Shown: piece after piece, positions 12,082 to 25,070 of the stretch | Position numbering within the stretch: the stretch's first letter is position 1 | Layout: every line of letters begins with the position of its first letter | Source: Negaprion brevirostris | Taxonomy: Eukaryota | DNA length: 64,000 nt | Direction: 5' to 3' | Assembly (NCBI GenBank): GCA_030324005.1 | Contig: JARDVH010000059.1 | Coordinates: 72,852,689-72,916,688, forward strand | Notes under the pieces: generated by a model | What the model was told of the DNA's origin: nothing | Database searches by the model: none | Seen by the model: only the letters and a program-made list of their open reading frames with translations | Position numbers and translations under genes: made by a program

Positions 12082-13110
12082 TCAAAGAAATCACTGACCC
12101 AGCATCGAAGAAGAAAGATGGACTTCCTGAGAAAGAAGATGGATTTCCAGGAACAGNNNNNNNNNNNNNNNNNNNNNNNNNNNNNNNNNNNNNNNNNNNN
12201 NNNNNNNNNNNNNNNNNNNNNNNNNNNNNNNNNNNNNNNNNNNNNNNNNNNNNNNNGAGAAAGAAGATGGATTTCCAGGAACAGTCTGAGGCTAGAAGGT
12301 GGATCTCCCCAATGACACTGAAGCTGGAAGAACCACTTGTGGATGCTACCCCCACCTGATTTTCGAAGGTCCAGAGTTGCTGGCAGCCTCCATTCCAAAC
12401 TCCAGAGGCAGCCCTGGGCATCGTGCCACATTGTCCCAGATGTATTCTGGACCAGCATGTTTTCCCACTGGCCTCACGGAGAATCAGGTGTAGATGAAAG
12501 ATTCCGGTCAGACCTCCATCTGCATTCCAACAGCAAAATGCAGATCAGGTTTTCCTGTGCTGTCGTGGCAGGCACAAGCAGAAGATCCCATGGGATATTT
12601 ACACCAGCAGCAAACTGATTTTTGGATGCCTGCCAAATTCTGTCTCTGGCCTCCTGCTCGCCATTTTATCCTCCAGTGGGGCCAAGGGAGAGTTCCACCT
12701 ACTGTTGTCCACCTAGTTTTATTTAATGCCCTTTAAAGAAAACTGGAATTCATCTTTCCACCAACCTGCTATCATACTCTAGTAGTAGTTCGCTATTCCT
12801 AGATCTACAACAAAAAATAACTTTAGCACCAATTTCACTCCATTTCAGATTACTGCAATGAAAGAAAGTTGCTGAAAAAAGCCTCTATTGATTGCAACTT
12901 GTTTAGTTTTGAAGTTGTGCAATTACAACCCAGTGTCACTAATTAAAGCATGCAGGTAATCAAACAACCCCCATTATTAAACAAAATGTATGATGACATC
13001 TGACCAATGTAACTGCTCATTTTTATAAGACATATATTTCTTTGCAAATATTAGCAGAAAATTAGAATTTAAAATCTTATCAGGTCTGAAACATACCCAC
13101 AATACAACTT

Positions 13111-13243
13111 AGATAAAAGTAAAATACTGCGGGTGCTGGAATCAAAACCAAAGACAGAAAATGCTGAAAGATCTCAGCAGGTCTGACAGCATCAATGGAG
13201 AGAGAATAGAGCTAGTGTTTCAAATCTGGATGACCCTTCATCA
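13111..13243 (-). mobile_element. Penelope-like terminal repeat fragment with a broken hammerhead core
   Basis: aaaatactgcgggtgctgga..atctcagcaggtctgacagcatc..ggagagag resembles a common shark PLE terminus (recalled); minus strand reads tTGATGAagggtcatccagatttGAAAc (C3 lost). Confidence 0.7.
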
Positions 13244-14179
13244 ATATAATTTATTGCTTACATTTTCAAGTTATGTTCACCTTTCTGTATAGAATTAACG
13301 GTGACATATAACTGGAGCAGCCTCAGTTGCTGAGAGTACCTGTGTATCGCATGTACATTTATTCACAGTATTATTGGAAGAAGTGGCAATAGCGTGGTCC
13401 TTGTAAAAATAGTTAGGAATTGTCACCCTCTGTTGTAGTAGGGCCCACTGTGACAGATCAGTTGGCCCAGCCAATAGTCCATCAACTCTCAGCAGGACTG
13501 GAAAATCCCAGGGCCAGAAAGTTCACCCAAACTCTCAATTCTGCAAAGGGAACACTTTTTTCATTCTGAAGTGTGGCAATAGCAAATTCAAACTGGACAT
13601 CCATGAGTCACCGTAGAATATCAGTCGTAGAAGAATTGTTTGCAACCACAATTGCTAGCCCTATCCTCAAGATTCAGTATACCTCCCATTTCTCCATCAA
13701 TATCAAAGGAAAAAGCAACTCTGGTTCAATGAAGCGAGTAGAAGGACACGAAGGAGCAACATCAAGGACACCACAGAATGAGGTCCAACATTGAGTCACT
13801 GACGTATCAAATATCAAGAGCATCAGGTTATAGATAAAGCTAAGGAGTGCCACAAACAACAGATCTGAGCAAAGCAAAGTAACCAGACAATATGAACAGA
13901 ACCCATGAAAACCCCAATCTTCAATTGTGTTGGAGACAATTACCTGAACGTAAGAGACAAATCAAAGGTGTTTAAAAGTGTCTTCAATATTTCAATCCCT
14001 GAATGATTCCATTCTGCCTCCTCTCAACATTTCCACCACCATTGATATTTNNNNNNNNNNNNNNNNNNNNNNNNNNNNNNNNNNNNNNNNNNNNNNNNNN
14101 NNNNNNNNNNNNNNNNNNNNNNNNNNNNNNNNNNNNNNNNNNNNNNNNNNGTTTGCACTCTCCACCGCTGGGGAACCCT

Positions 14180-14990
14180 TTCCCATCTATCAAAATTACT
14201 CTGTTTGAGCCTTTCAAATTCAATGTAAGTTTGCCCAGGTCCCTTCCTTCGATTTTTAAACCATTGTCTGTCGGCTTCTGGCACTAGTTCATTTGCACCT
14301 AAGATGGATCTTTTCACTTCATCATACTTTCCAGATACCTCCTCTGCTAGTGATGCAAACGCCTCATTAGCTCTACCTACTGACTTTGTTTGAATCAATA
14401 ATACTCACATGTCCTGTGGCCATTTCATTTGTTTAGCCACTTTCTAAAATGAAATGAAAAAGGCTTCTACATCCTTCTCATCAAATCTTGGCAATGCTTG
14501 GACATATTTAAATAGATCAGCACCAAACCTTTGACTATGAAGCTCTTGCTCCTTTTCATCATCCTTAACAATATATTCAAACTGTACTTTTCCCTTTACC
14601 TCTGCCAATTTTAACTAACGTTCACTTTTTACTGCCAGCTTCTGAAGTTGAAATTCTCTCTTTTTTTCTTCTTGTCTGCATTTCAAAACACCTGCAGTTC
14701 AAGCTTTTTGCTCCTCCCTTTCTCTGGCTTTTTGTGCTGCAATGGCTTTCCTTCCTTTGGCTTTTGCTACTCTCTCTCTTTCCTTTATTTTGAATTCAAG
14801 CTGCGTTAATTCTTTTTCATGTTTAAGCTATTTCATTTCTAATTGAATTTTAGCCATTTCCATTGATTCTGACTGTCTTTCTGGCAATTTTTAGATGCTG
14901 AGCTATCGCCACAATTATCTCCCCTATCCTTACGCTGACAGGTAATGTCAACTGCAACATTTTTGCCAACTCCAGAAGCTTTGTTTTAGG
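14180..14990 (-). mobile_element. Gmr1-like Gypsy gag remnant with SCAN-like domain
   Basis: Reverse strand LPRFDEKDVEAFFISF*KVAKQMKWP..LIQTKSVGRANEAFASL..YDEVKRSILGANELVPEADRQWFKN..GQTYIEF, preceded by a coiled-coil-like E/K-rich stretch. Confidence 0.8.
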
Positions 14991-15289
14991 CAGGTCTCTG
15001 AAACACCCTAGTTCCCATGCACAGTTCAAAACATTCTAAAAATCACCATAAAATCTGCATGTTTAACTATCTCGATGAACGTCTTGCCAGGCTGCAGTGA
15101 GAAGTCTGCGCTCCATGATTCTCACCACATACAAAATTCGGAAGTGACAGTACAATGTTGAACATCCAAGTGGATGCATTCCAACTGGGATTTAGGGCAA
15201 ACACCACACACCCACCCCCCACCCGTCGCAACCGATCTCCTGCCAATCCCACCTGCATGGGCTTAATGTGGGGAAGTCACTGTATCCTG

Positions 15290-16050
15290 TCAAAAATCCT
15301 CAAGGACTGTTCCCTCCATGACATTCTGGTCCACCCCTCAATCACCCCAACACCTCATCCCCTTCCCAATGCCCCTTTCCATATAATTGCAGGCGGTGTT
15401 ATACCTGCCACTTTACGATAGAATCCCTATTGTACAGAAGGAACTCATTCAGCCCCTTGTATCTACACTGACTCTCCAAAAGAGCATTTCACCCATGCCC
15501 ACCCTCCTCCCATTTCTAGCACCCTGTGTATTTACCATGGCTAATCCACCCAACTTACACTAAGGGGTAATTTAGCATGGCCAATCCACCTAACCTACAC
15601 ATCTTTGAAGTATGGAAGGAAACCAGAGCATCCGGAGGAAACCCACTCAGACACTGGAAGAATGTGCAAACTGCTCACAGGTGGTCACCCAAGGCTGCAA
15701 TCGAGTCCCTGGCGCTGTGAGTCAGCAGTGCTAACCACTGTGCCTTCATAGCACTGCACCTTGTCATCCTTCACCATCCAAGGCCATAAGCAGTCATTCC
15801 AGGTGAAGCTGTGTTTCACTTGCACTTCCTTCAATTTGGTNNNNNNNNNNNNNNNNNNNNNNNNTGAGGAAACTAAACACAGACTGGGTGGCCACTTTGT
15901 AGAACACCTTTGCTCTATCCAAAAGCAAGACCCCAACTTCCTGTTGCTTGTCATTTTTATTCACCATCTTGCTCTCATATCCACATTTCTGTCCTCAGCT
16001 TGCTGCAATGATCCAGTGAAGCTCAAGGTGAGCTGAACAAATGGCATCCC
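15290..16050 (+). mobile_element. Penelope-like (Neptune-type) GIY-YIG endonuclease remnant, interrupted by HE1
   Basis: KDCSLHDILVH, a decayed Cys motif, then TIQGHKQSFQVKLCFTCTSFNL[gap]ETKHRLGGHFVEHL. Confidence 0.85.
15417..15746 (-). mobile_element. HE1-type SINE inserted in the Penelope remnant
   Basis: tagaatccctattgtacagaagg...gcagtgctaaccactgtgcc. Confidence 0.88.
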
Positions 16051-16573
16051 ACTTGCTGCTGAATGTTTGATTTATTGTGAATGGTATGCAAATTGATAAA
16101 ATTAATCCATGTTATCCAAATTTGGGGAATGAAGATCACGTCAGCCAATTGGACCAGATTAGTTGCTTTTACCACATGCGGGGGATGCCCACACAAGTGC
16201 TCTTTTCAAGATGGCAAGATGGCGCACCACATTGATAGTATCAGCAGTGGCTGGAGGTACAGCACACCTGCACCAAACCACACTCCTCATTGCCCCCAGG
16301 GGATATTCGGTATCTGTATCATAATCCAAGGACCAGGATTCTACGATCTCGTCTACCCTGACGCCTTGCCAGTGAGAATGAAGAATTTTGCATGCAGCCA
16401 AATCTTCATTTACTGNNNNNNNNNNNNNNNNNNNNNNNNNNNNNNNNNNNNNNNNNNNNNNNNNNNNNNNNNNNNNNNNNNNNNNNNNNNGGCATAGGAC
16501 ATTTATTTAAAAAAGAGAATGCAGAACGACCTTTGGTGGGTTAATGAGATTACATGAGAGAGTATCAGTTCTA

Positions 16574-16830
16574 AACAACTTGCATTTATATAGCACCTTT
16601 GATATGGTGAAACATCCCAAGGCAGGAGTGTTATCAGACAAAATTTGACACCCAGCCACAGAAAGAGTTATGAAGATAGTCGAAGATCAAAGGGGTGAGT
16701 TTTAATGTGTGCCGTAAAGAAGGAAACTGAGGTCAAGAGGGAGGGTATTCCAGAACACAGGAACTCAGCAGCTGAAGGCACTAGCCACTGATGGCAGAAT
16801 GACTCAACTCAAGTATGTGCAAGAGGCCAG
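16574..16830 (-). mobile_element. L2 LINE 3' end
   Basis: aacaacttgcatttatatagcacctttgatatggtgaaacatcccaagg...cagctgaaggcac resembles the reverse complement of an L2 3' UTR and ORF2 end. Confidence 0.7.
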
Positions 16831-17279
16831 GAGTAAAGGGGTACAGGTACCTCAGATGGATAATAACCAAGAGATAGGGAGAGACAACAGGCCTGCTAAA
16901 ATTAGCATTTATTGGGACACCTGGTCTCACCTTGCCCAATGCAGGGAGATTCTGGTTACAGTTTCAGGGTGGATAGATAGGCTGAAATCCTACCACCAGA
17001 ATCGGAGTGGGTGAGGTTCCCAGAGTGAAAATCTCCATTGGTCTCAGGTGGGACTTTACGATCTTGCCCAAGTGAGGCCGTAAAATCCTGCCCGTTCTTT
17101 TTGGATTACTACTCCCTACATGTAGGATATCAGGGCATCACGCCTATTACTATCTGTGACGTACCATACTTCTGTTGATTATGATGGGAATCTGCGTTTT
17201 TCCAGTATTACTCCTTACATTATTACTTGTCGGCCCAATTTCAGTGAATTACCAGTGAATTGGTAGAATCACACAAGAG

Positions 17280-19070
17280 ATAGATGAGATCCAAAATGTA
17301 TATTTCTCATCAGGATTTACTGTTGAGAAAGGCATGGATGTTAGGGAACTTGGGGAAATAAATAATGATGTCTGGAGGAGTGTACATATTACAGAAAAGG
17401 AGGTGCTGGAAGTCTTAAAGCACATCAAGGTAAATAAATCCCTGGGACCTGATGAAGTGTATCCCTGGACATTGTGGAATTCTAGGGAGGAAATTGCAGA
17501 GAAATTTGATTCATCAATAGTCACAGGTGAGGTGCCTGAAGATTGGAGGGTGGCAAATGTAGTGCCTTTGTTTAAAAAGAGCTGCAGGGAAAAGCCTGGG
17601 AAATACAGGCCAGTGGACCTCATATCTCTGATGAGTAAGTTGTTGGAAGGTATTTTGAGAGACAGGATTCACAGGCATTTAGAGATGCAAAGGCTGATTA
17701 GGGAAAGTTAGCATGGCTTTGTGAGTGGAAAATCATGTCTCACAAATTTGATGAAGTTTTTTGAAGGGGTAACCAAGAAGATAGATGAGGGCAATGNNNN
17801 NNNNNNNNNNNNNNNNNNNNNNNNNNNNNNNNNNNNNNNNNNNNNNNNNNNNNNNNNNNNNNNNNNNNNNNNNNNNNNNNNNNNNNNNNNNNNNNNTGAA
17901 GTTTTTTGAAGGGGTAACCAAGAAGATAGATGAGGGCAATGTAGTTGATGTTGTCTACATAGGTGTTAGCAAAGCTGTTGGCAAGGTAGGTTGTTGCATA
18001 AAGTTAATCTCACTGGATCCAGGGTGAAGTACCTAAATGGATACAAAATTGGCTTGATGATAGAAACCAGAGGGTGGCTATAGAGGGATATTTTTCAAAC
18101 TGGAGGCATGTGACCAACGGTGTGCCTCAAGGATCAGTGCTGGGTCCACTTATTTATATTAATGATTTGGAAGAGAATATAGGAGGCATGGTTAGTAAGT
18201 TTGCAGATGACACCAAGATTGGTGGATTAGTGAACAGTGAAAAAGGATATCTCATATTGCAATGTGAACTTGATCAGTTGGATCAGTGGGCTGACGAATG
18301 GCAGATGGAGTTTAATTTAGATAAATGCAAGGTGATGCATTTTGGTAGATAACCAGGGCAGGACTTACTCAGTTAATGGTAGGGCGTTGGAGAGAGTTAC
18401 AGAACAAAGAGACCTACGGGTACAGGTTCATAGCTCCTTAAAAGTGGAGTCACAGGTCGACAGAGTAGTGAAGAAAGCATTCAGCATGCTTAGTTTCAAT
18501 TGCCAGAACATTAAATACAGGAGTTGGGACATCTTGTTGAAGTCGTACAAGACATTAGTAAGGCCACACTTGAAATATTGTGTACAATTCTGATCACCCT
18601 ATTATAGAAAGGATATTATTAAACTAGAAAGAGTGCAGAAAAGACTTACTAGGGTGCTACCAGAAATTGATAGATTGAGTTATAAGGAGAGGCTGAATAG
18701 AATGGAACTTTTTTCCCTGGAGCACAGGGCGCTGAGGGGTGATCTTATAAAGGTCTATAAAATAACGAGGGGCATAGATCAGCTAGATAGTCAATATCTT
18801 TTCCCAAAGGTGGGGGCGTCTAAAACTAGAGGNNNNNNNNNNNNNNNNNNNNNNNNNNNNNNAGTTTTTTCACACAGAGGGTGGTGAGTGTCTGGAACAA
18901 GCTGACAGAGGTAGTAGTAGAGGCGGGGATAATTTTGCCTTTTAAAAAGCATTTTGACAGTAGAGAGGGAATTGGGCCAAATGCAGGAAATTGTGACAAG
19001 CTTAGGGGTTTAAGAAAAAAAGGGTGGCATGGGCAAGTTGGGCTGTAAGCCTCTATGACTCTATGACTCT
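17280..19070 (+). mobile_element. CR1 (HER1-like) LINE, 5'-truncated, decayed ORF2 with 3' tail
   Basis: KSLGPDEVYP, VPEDWRVANVVPLFKK, GVPQGSVLGP, SKFADDTKIG, LVRPHLKYCVQF; tail ctatgactctatgactct. Confidence 0.95.
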
Positions 19071-19074
19071 AATC

Positions 19075-21733
19075 AGATATCCTTGCTACCTTTGCTTTTC
19101 CCTCTTCAAAGTGTTACCAAATTTTAGATTTTATGTCCTTAGTTTCCCCTTTTTAACTGCCATGGGTGGTTTCCAGTGCCTTGTGAGCTTGACCACATTG
19201 ACGACATCCAAGCTTTCTACTATTTGATAGAGTTTCCTTTCATCATAGGATAATGTTTTTGAAGCAAAGGCAATCTGCTCCATCAGGCATCCAGTGGGGC
19301 AAAACTGCTCCCATTCCATGCAGTGAAACATTGCAGGTTACCATTAAGAGTTATTTGTGTCAAAATGCATCAACAAGGCAGATGACTGCAGAACGTATTT
19401 GGCTTTTATGAAGGCCTTCTTTCATTCTTCTCCATTTCCACCTTTGGCGTTTTTTAAAAATCTACCATAATAGTTTACCATCCCCAGAAATAATTTCAGC
19501 TCAGATATATCTTTTGGCTGTGGATATAATCCTTTTGAATTGAATTTGAACCCAAAGTAGGAAACTTCTTCTGATTGAAATGTACAATTCTCCCATTTCA
19601 GCCTAACCCCCACTTCCTAAAATTGTTTCAATGGCTTCTGCTATGTTGGATCCATGCTTTTCAGGTGAGGTACCAGTGGTTAGTACATCATCCAGATAAA
19701 CCGCTATATTGGGGATGCCTTACAAAAGACTTTCCATCATATGCTGGAAAATGGCTGATGAGACCAACAGGCAACCTTGTTTACAGGTACAACACTTCTG
19801 TGTGTTGATTGTCACCAATTTTTGTGAGTCCTCATCCAACTCCAGCTGCTGATAGACATGGCTGAGGTCCAATTTAGTATATACTAAACCTCCTGCTATT
19901 TTAGCATAGAGGACTTCAGTTCTGAGTATTGTGTACATGTCTAACTGCACTCCTCTATTAACAATTAATTTGTAATCCCCACAAATTCCTACTATCCCAA
20001 AGTGAAGACTGTGGGTGCAGCCCATTCAGAGAATTGTAAGGGTTTTATAATGCTCAAATCTTCCAACTTCTTGAGCGCAATTTCCATGTTTTGAGGAAGG
20101 GCATAAGGCACCAGGTGGGCCCAAAATATTTAAATGTCACTTCTTGATATAGACAGTTTTCAGCTTTAGCTCCCCTTATACTTCCTAATTCATCATGAAA
20201 GACCTTACTAATTTACACAATAACTCTTGGAAACCTCCACCCCTCAGATTTAATATTTCCTGCCAGTTTAGCTGTATTTGCTTCAACCAATCATGGCCCA
20301 TTAAACAAGTGATCGTAGCTTACCAAGNNNNNNNNNNNNNNNNNNNNNNNNNNNNNNNNNNNNNNNNNNNNNNNNNNNNNNNNNNNNNNNNNNNNNNNNN
20401 NNNNNNNNNNNNNNNNNNNNNNNNNNNNNNNNNNNNNNNNNNNNNNNNNNNNNNNNNNNNNNNNNNNNNNNNNNNNNNNNNNNNNNNNNNNNNNNNNNNN
20501 NNNNNNNNNNNNNNNNNNNNNNNNNNNNNNNNNNNNNNNNNNNNNNNNNNNNNNNNNNNNNNNNNNNNNNNNNNNNNNNNNNNNNNNNNNNNNNNNNNNN
20601 NNNNNNNNNNNNNNNNNNNNNNNNNNNNNNNNNNNNNNNNNNNNNNNNNNNNNNNNNNNNNNNNNNNNNNNNNNNNNNNNNNNNNNNNNNNNNNNNNNNN
20701 NNNNNNNNNNNNNNNNNNNNNNNNNNNNNNNNNNNNNNNNNNNNNNNNNNNNNNNNNNNNNNNNNNNNNNNNNNNNNNNNNNNNNNNNNNNNNNNNNNNN
20801 NNNNNNNNNNNNNNNNNNNNNNNNNNNNNNNNNNNNNNNNNNNNNNNNNNNNNNNNNNNNNNNNNNNNNNNNNNNNNNNNNNNNNNNNNNNNNNNNNNNN
20901 NNNNNNNNNNNNNNNNNNNNNNNNNNNNNNNNNNNNNNNNNNNNNNNNNNNNNNNNNNNNNNNNNNNNNNNNNNNNNNNNNNNNNNNNNNNNNNNNNNNN
21001 NNNNNNNNNNNNNNNNNNNNNNNNNNNNNNNNNNNNNNNNNNNNNNNNNNNNNNNNNNNNNNNNNNNNNNNNNNNNNNNNNNNNNNNNNNNNNNNNNNNN
21101 NNNNNNNNNNNNNNNNNNNNNNNNNNNNNNNNNNNNNNNNNNNNNNNNNNNNNNNNNNNNNNNNNNNNNNNNNNNNNNNNNNNNNNNNNNNNNNNNNNNN
21201 NNNNNNNNNNNNTACCAAGACTGGCAGCTTCGCAGTCTGGTTCTGATGTGCCATGGAATGCCACATTCTGAATCAAATTCATAATGTTCTGCCAGTCCGC
21301 TAAGTCTTGCCATGAAGTCTGAGTCTGTCTTCCCCCTGGTTCACAGACTGCTGTGTGAAATTTGTATCTCAGCAGAATGATCGAGGGATGGGGGTTAAAA
21401 TGATTTTTGACCAGCTCCACAATCTGGTCGAAAGAGTGTGCCTACAGCATCTGGTGATGTTAATGTTCTCACTAAACTTTAAGTCTGTGGTCCACAGACT
21501 GTGGGTAAAATAATCTTTTGCTTTTCTTCAGTGATTATTTCATTCTCTATGATGTATGTTTCTCTGTATTGTCCCCGATTGTCTACCTGGGGGTCAAAAG
21601 GCTCAATTGTTCTGGTTACAGGCATTGCTAAGTAAGTGTACCTTACTGTTTCTTACTTTTGATGCTCAAATCTCCTCCCCCTCTAACTGGAAACTGCAAT
21701 CCCCAATAATTTCAATGTTTTTTCTCATCGCCA
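19075..21733 (-). mobile_element. Ty3/Gypsy LTR retrotransposon internal remnant (gag, RT, RNase H) with primer-binding site
   Basis: ICGDYKLIVN, TKLDLSHVYQQLEL, SAIFQHMMESLL, FLGMVNYYGRF, IAFASKTLS; gag KNHFNPHPSIILLRYKFH; PBS-like tggcgatgag at 21724-21733 (minus). Confidence 0.9.
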
Positions 21734-21734
21734 A

Positions 21735-21885
21735 TATAATAGGTCAAGAGTGACTCGATGTGGCTTAAAACAACAAAGCCTTTATTGTCAACAAAAAGAA
21801 TAATATATACAATAAGGTCAGACTAAATTACAATGAGACTGCTCCAATCAATCTTTGGCTCTACCTACAAGACCCTCCTCGACCT
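21735..21885 (-). repeat. Partial 5' LTR of the Gypsy element
   Basis: Lies directly upstream of the PBS; minus-strand AATAAA at 21781-21786; terminal CA appears mutated to TA. Confidence 0.5.
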
Positions 21886-23845
21886 GTGATGCCCCCCCCC
21901 CACCAACCCTCCAGTAAAGGACCCCTCCACCATAGCTGCCCCGAAGGGAGCCGTAAATTTACATAGTCAAGACAGTTTTGTGGCCTCACTGGCATCCTAC
22001 TTTCAGAAAAGCAGCTCCACCATGAGTGCAGAGACTGCCTACTCAGTGGAGGTGGCCTCCCTTGAGCAGGATATGGGACCATCAGAACCGGAGGCAGGAA
22101 TAGCCACGTCCGCAGCTCAAATAGTACATCTAAAGAGGCTTCCCTTCTAATCTGAGGGGTTTTTTGTCTTCCTTCCCCCCTGAACTTTTTACTTAACATA
22201 AATCGCCCTCAGTGTGGGGGCACCCTTGCGGTCCCCGACCTGTCTTCACAGCACCCACTTCTCCTGGTGGAACCTCCGAGGTTCCAGTCCTCTCACTAAG
22301 CCAGCAGAATCAGGAGCTGCCATCCAACTTTACTTTGATGGTGGGCTCAGAGGCGCTCAATTAGGAAGCTGCCTTCAGGACGATTCGGACACTGATCTCG
22401 CTGCAGGACTCCCATTGCTATTGAATCCATGGGGAAAGCCAGCCTCTGAAGTCAGAGCGCAGAGTCAGGACCCAAAACACTCTAGACAAGTGGAAATATT
22501 GAAAATATTTAAATTGTTGACCATGCAAATAATGTGGACTAAATTATAAATCATGCTCTGATTAATAAAGTTGCATTTATTTAATTCCGACAACTGTCAA
22601 TGGCTTACTAGAATCACCAAGTTAAATTCTTTCACGGACAAAAGAAACCTTAGGAAAATGGCAGAAGCAGTAAATGAGAAGGGAAGCATTTTACATAATG
22701 TTTCAAAGCAGCAGACTCGCTGACAGCAATCACTGGTGCCTACTATCTCCCTCCTTGTGTGAATTCATACATATTGGTGGGGGAGGGACAGTATAGCTGA
22801 TTTTCAGGCGCACCGTGCTCCTCTGCAGGGTTCAAGAAATCAGGCAGCGTTACTATTTTGCGACAAGGAAGTAAAGGACAACATGTACTTTGAGGTGATA
22901 CAACATATTTAACATCCAAAACAATAGAATTTGGCAAGAGTCAGGAAAAGATTGTGTATAATCTTTAAAGCCGCTCAAGTCAGGATTTCCTTAATGTAGG
23001 AAATCCTTGCCACCTACTTAGGTTAGAATGATCGGGATATCAGTATTATGAATACACTGCTGCCAACACAATAGGTGATAATACTGTTCCTTCCATGAAT
23101 CCTTTGATTCCTCCTCACCTGTTTTTCTGCAAAATTTCTACAGCCTTCCCATTTCCCTTTTTATCACTGTTCTGTCTCATTGCTCTGCAATAATCCCTTT
23201 CTGCTTAACTGCCTCTCTTTTTGTTTAATTTTTCCCATGCTTCTATCCTTCCTGGCTTATTTTTAAAAGCCTGCTTTAGGTTGTTTCCTGGCTAATATCA
23301 TAATTTTGGCTAACAAGTCAGGTACAACGTGAATTAATTACAGACACAAAACCTAAAGACAAATATACAAAAAAAATCCCTTGCTAAATTGAATACGGCT
23401 TACTATGCGCATGTTTAATTTGTGTTCTCTTTGTACACTGCATACTGGCATATAGACATGCTTCAAAATAAATGGTAAAATGAATGGATGCCTTCTCTCT
23501 GTGTTTAAAAAATGATCAATCTAGGTTGCTCTGAGATGAAGAGGTTTTGTATTTCGAAGATTTGTGTATGTTAACACTTTAGGAATGTGGTGGTAATATA
23601 TTTGAAACACAATACCTAACCATCCTAATCTTTGTGAGTGCAAGGCAGAAAAGGCTTTGAAGTGTAAATTTGAAAACTAAGTGATGTTGGTTATTCTGGA
23701 AAAAAACACAAAAGCTAATATATTAAAGAAAGATATATTACCGTGACAGTTTGCTGTGAAAAGCTAGTGTAACAAACAAGAATCTTTATTTCCATAGATT
23801 GTTGATTTCTTCCTCCCCCCTCCTCTAATACTGTAAGACATCATA

Positions 23846-23866
23846 ATGTTGCCACTAGGTGGCTTT
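23846..23866. promoter_or_regulatory. Candidate CTCF-binding site
   Basis: gttGCCACTAGGTGGCttt resembles the CTCF core in both orientations; lies in a TE-free region. Motif evidence only. Confidence 0.4.
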
Positions 23867-24936
23867 TCCTGTTAATTTCTTTGCTTACAATTAGGCTTTA
23901 ATACATTGGTAGTATAAACAAAGGTAAAACGTTAACTCTCTAGCTGCTTGCATGGTCTAGTAATTATGACCTGATTTCTGTGCCATCTTCAATTAGAATC
24001 TCAAATCTAAGTTTGATAGTGACATGATTTTTAAGTTCCGAAGTGCTCTTTTTTGATCCTCACATTTCATATTTGTTTGTGGAAAAAAAATGAACAGTAG
24101 AACAAAGCTGATAATTTATGCAGAATGCAGTCTCCCAGCACAGCTTACAAGCACATTCCTAGCCATCAACAGCAGAATGCCGACTAGGCTTGACACTGGT
24201 CTAATTAGCATGCAGATATGCATCGCCTCATTGGAAATTCAAATTGCTTTTTTTATAATGTACCTCAAATTGTGCTACTTCAAACATCGTATTTGATTTC
24301 CAAAGCCCCCTGGGCATCACATAATGTCTAGCTTCATCCAGGGGTATGGAGCATTTATTGAACAATCTGCCGCGACTGTGCCTGGCTTTCGGAAAACACC
24401 CAAACATTGTAGCCCTGGGACCAGCTTTCCTTTCTGTCAGACAGCAGATATTCTCCTTTGGAATTCAGGATGCCACGTTTGTAGGTTTAGTGACGAGATG
24501 TGAAATCTTCATCCCGCAGTGGCAGCTCTGTGGAGGGTTGCCTCTTTGTGCCACACAGTGTGGGGAGGGAGTGTTCATTTTCAACTCAGCACACATGAAT
24601 CTGTGGCACATAACTACAGCTGTGAATGCCAGTATTCCATTCTTCAATAAGCAAAATGGCCAGATCACAGTGATTGTGCTTCTTTTCCTTCTCTTACACA
24701 AGGCACCGTTGTTGCAGCGTATCAGTGTCAGTATTGTGAGTTATGTGTGAAAAGTTGTCTGAGGCATACATGACATGTAAGGAGAATCCTGCCAACATCA
24801 GGGCCCCTATTGCCATGCAGCAACAAGTGGCAGAATCAATGGTGTACAGTTATTCAGCAATGTAATTCATTTCACTGGCTTTGGCTTCTGGCCAGCTCCG
24901 CCATCTGTCTCTCTCTCTCTCTCGCATTTGCCCTAG

Positions 24937-25070
24937 ATTTCGTAATGTTACGTGCTTGCCATCCTTATTCCATGTCAGAGGTACAGCACAAGTCTCATCC
25001 CCGTTCCGACGCAAATTTTACATCAGTCCGGTGCAGTGGCATATTGGTCAATGCCATGCGGAAGGAAAGA
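24937..25070 (+). other. Candidate 134-nt exon of an unknown transcript
   Basis: (CT)n pyrimidine tract plus gccctag acceptor; donor aga|GTAAGT; two frames open; peptide not recognised. Confidence 0.25.

Noticed and set aside
16160-16330. GC-richer segment with open frames
   Set aside because: No recognisable protein in the frames I translated; it sits among repeat fragments.
20195-21420. Long ORFs of 170-440 aa here and at 33094-34425, 43130-43735, 46730-47567 and 57654-58318
   Set aside because: They are open only because they read through N runs.
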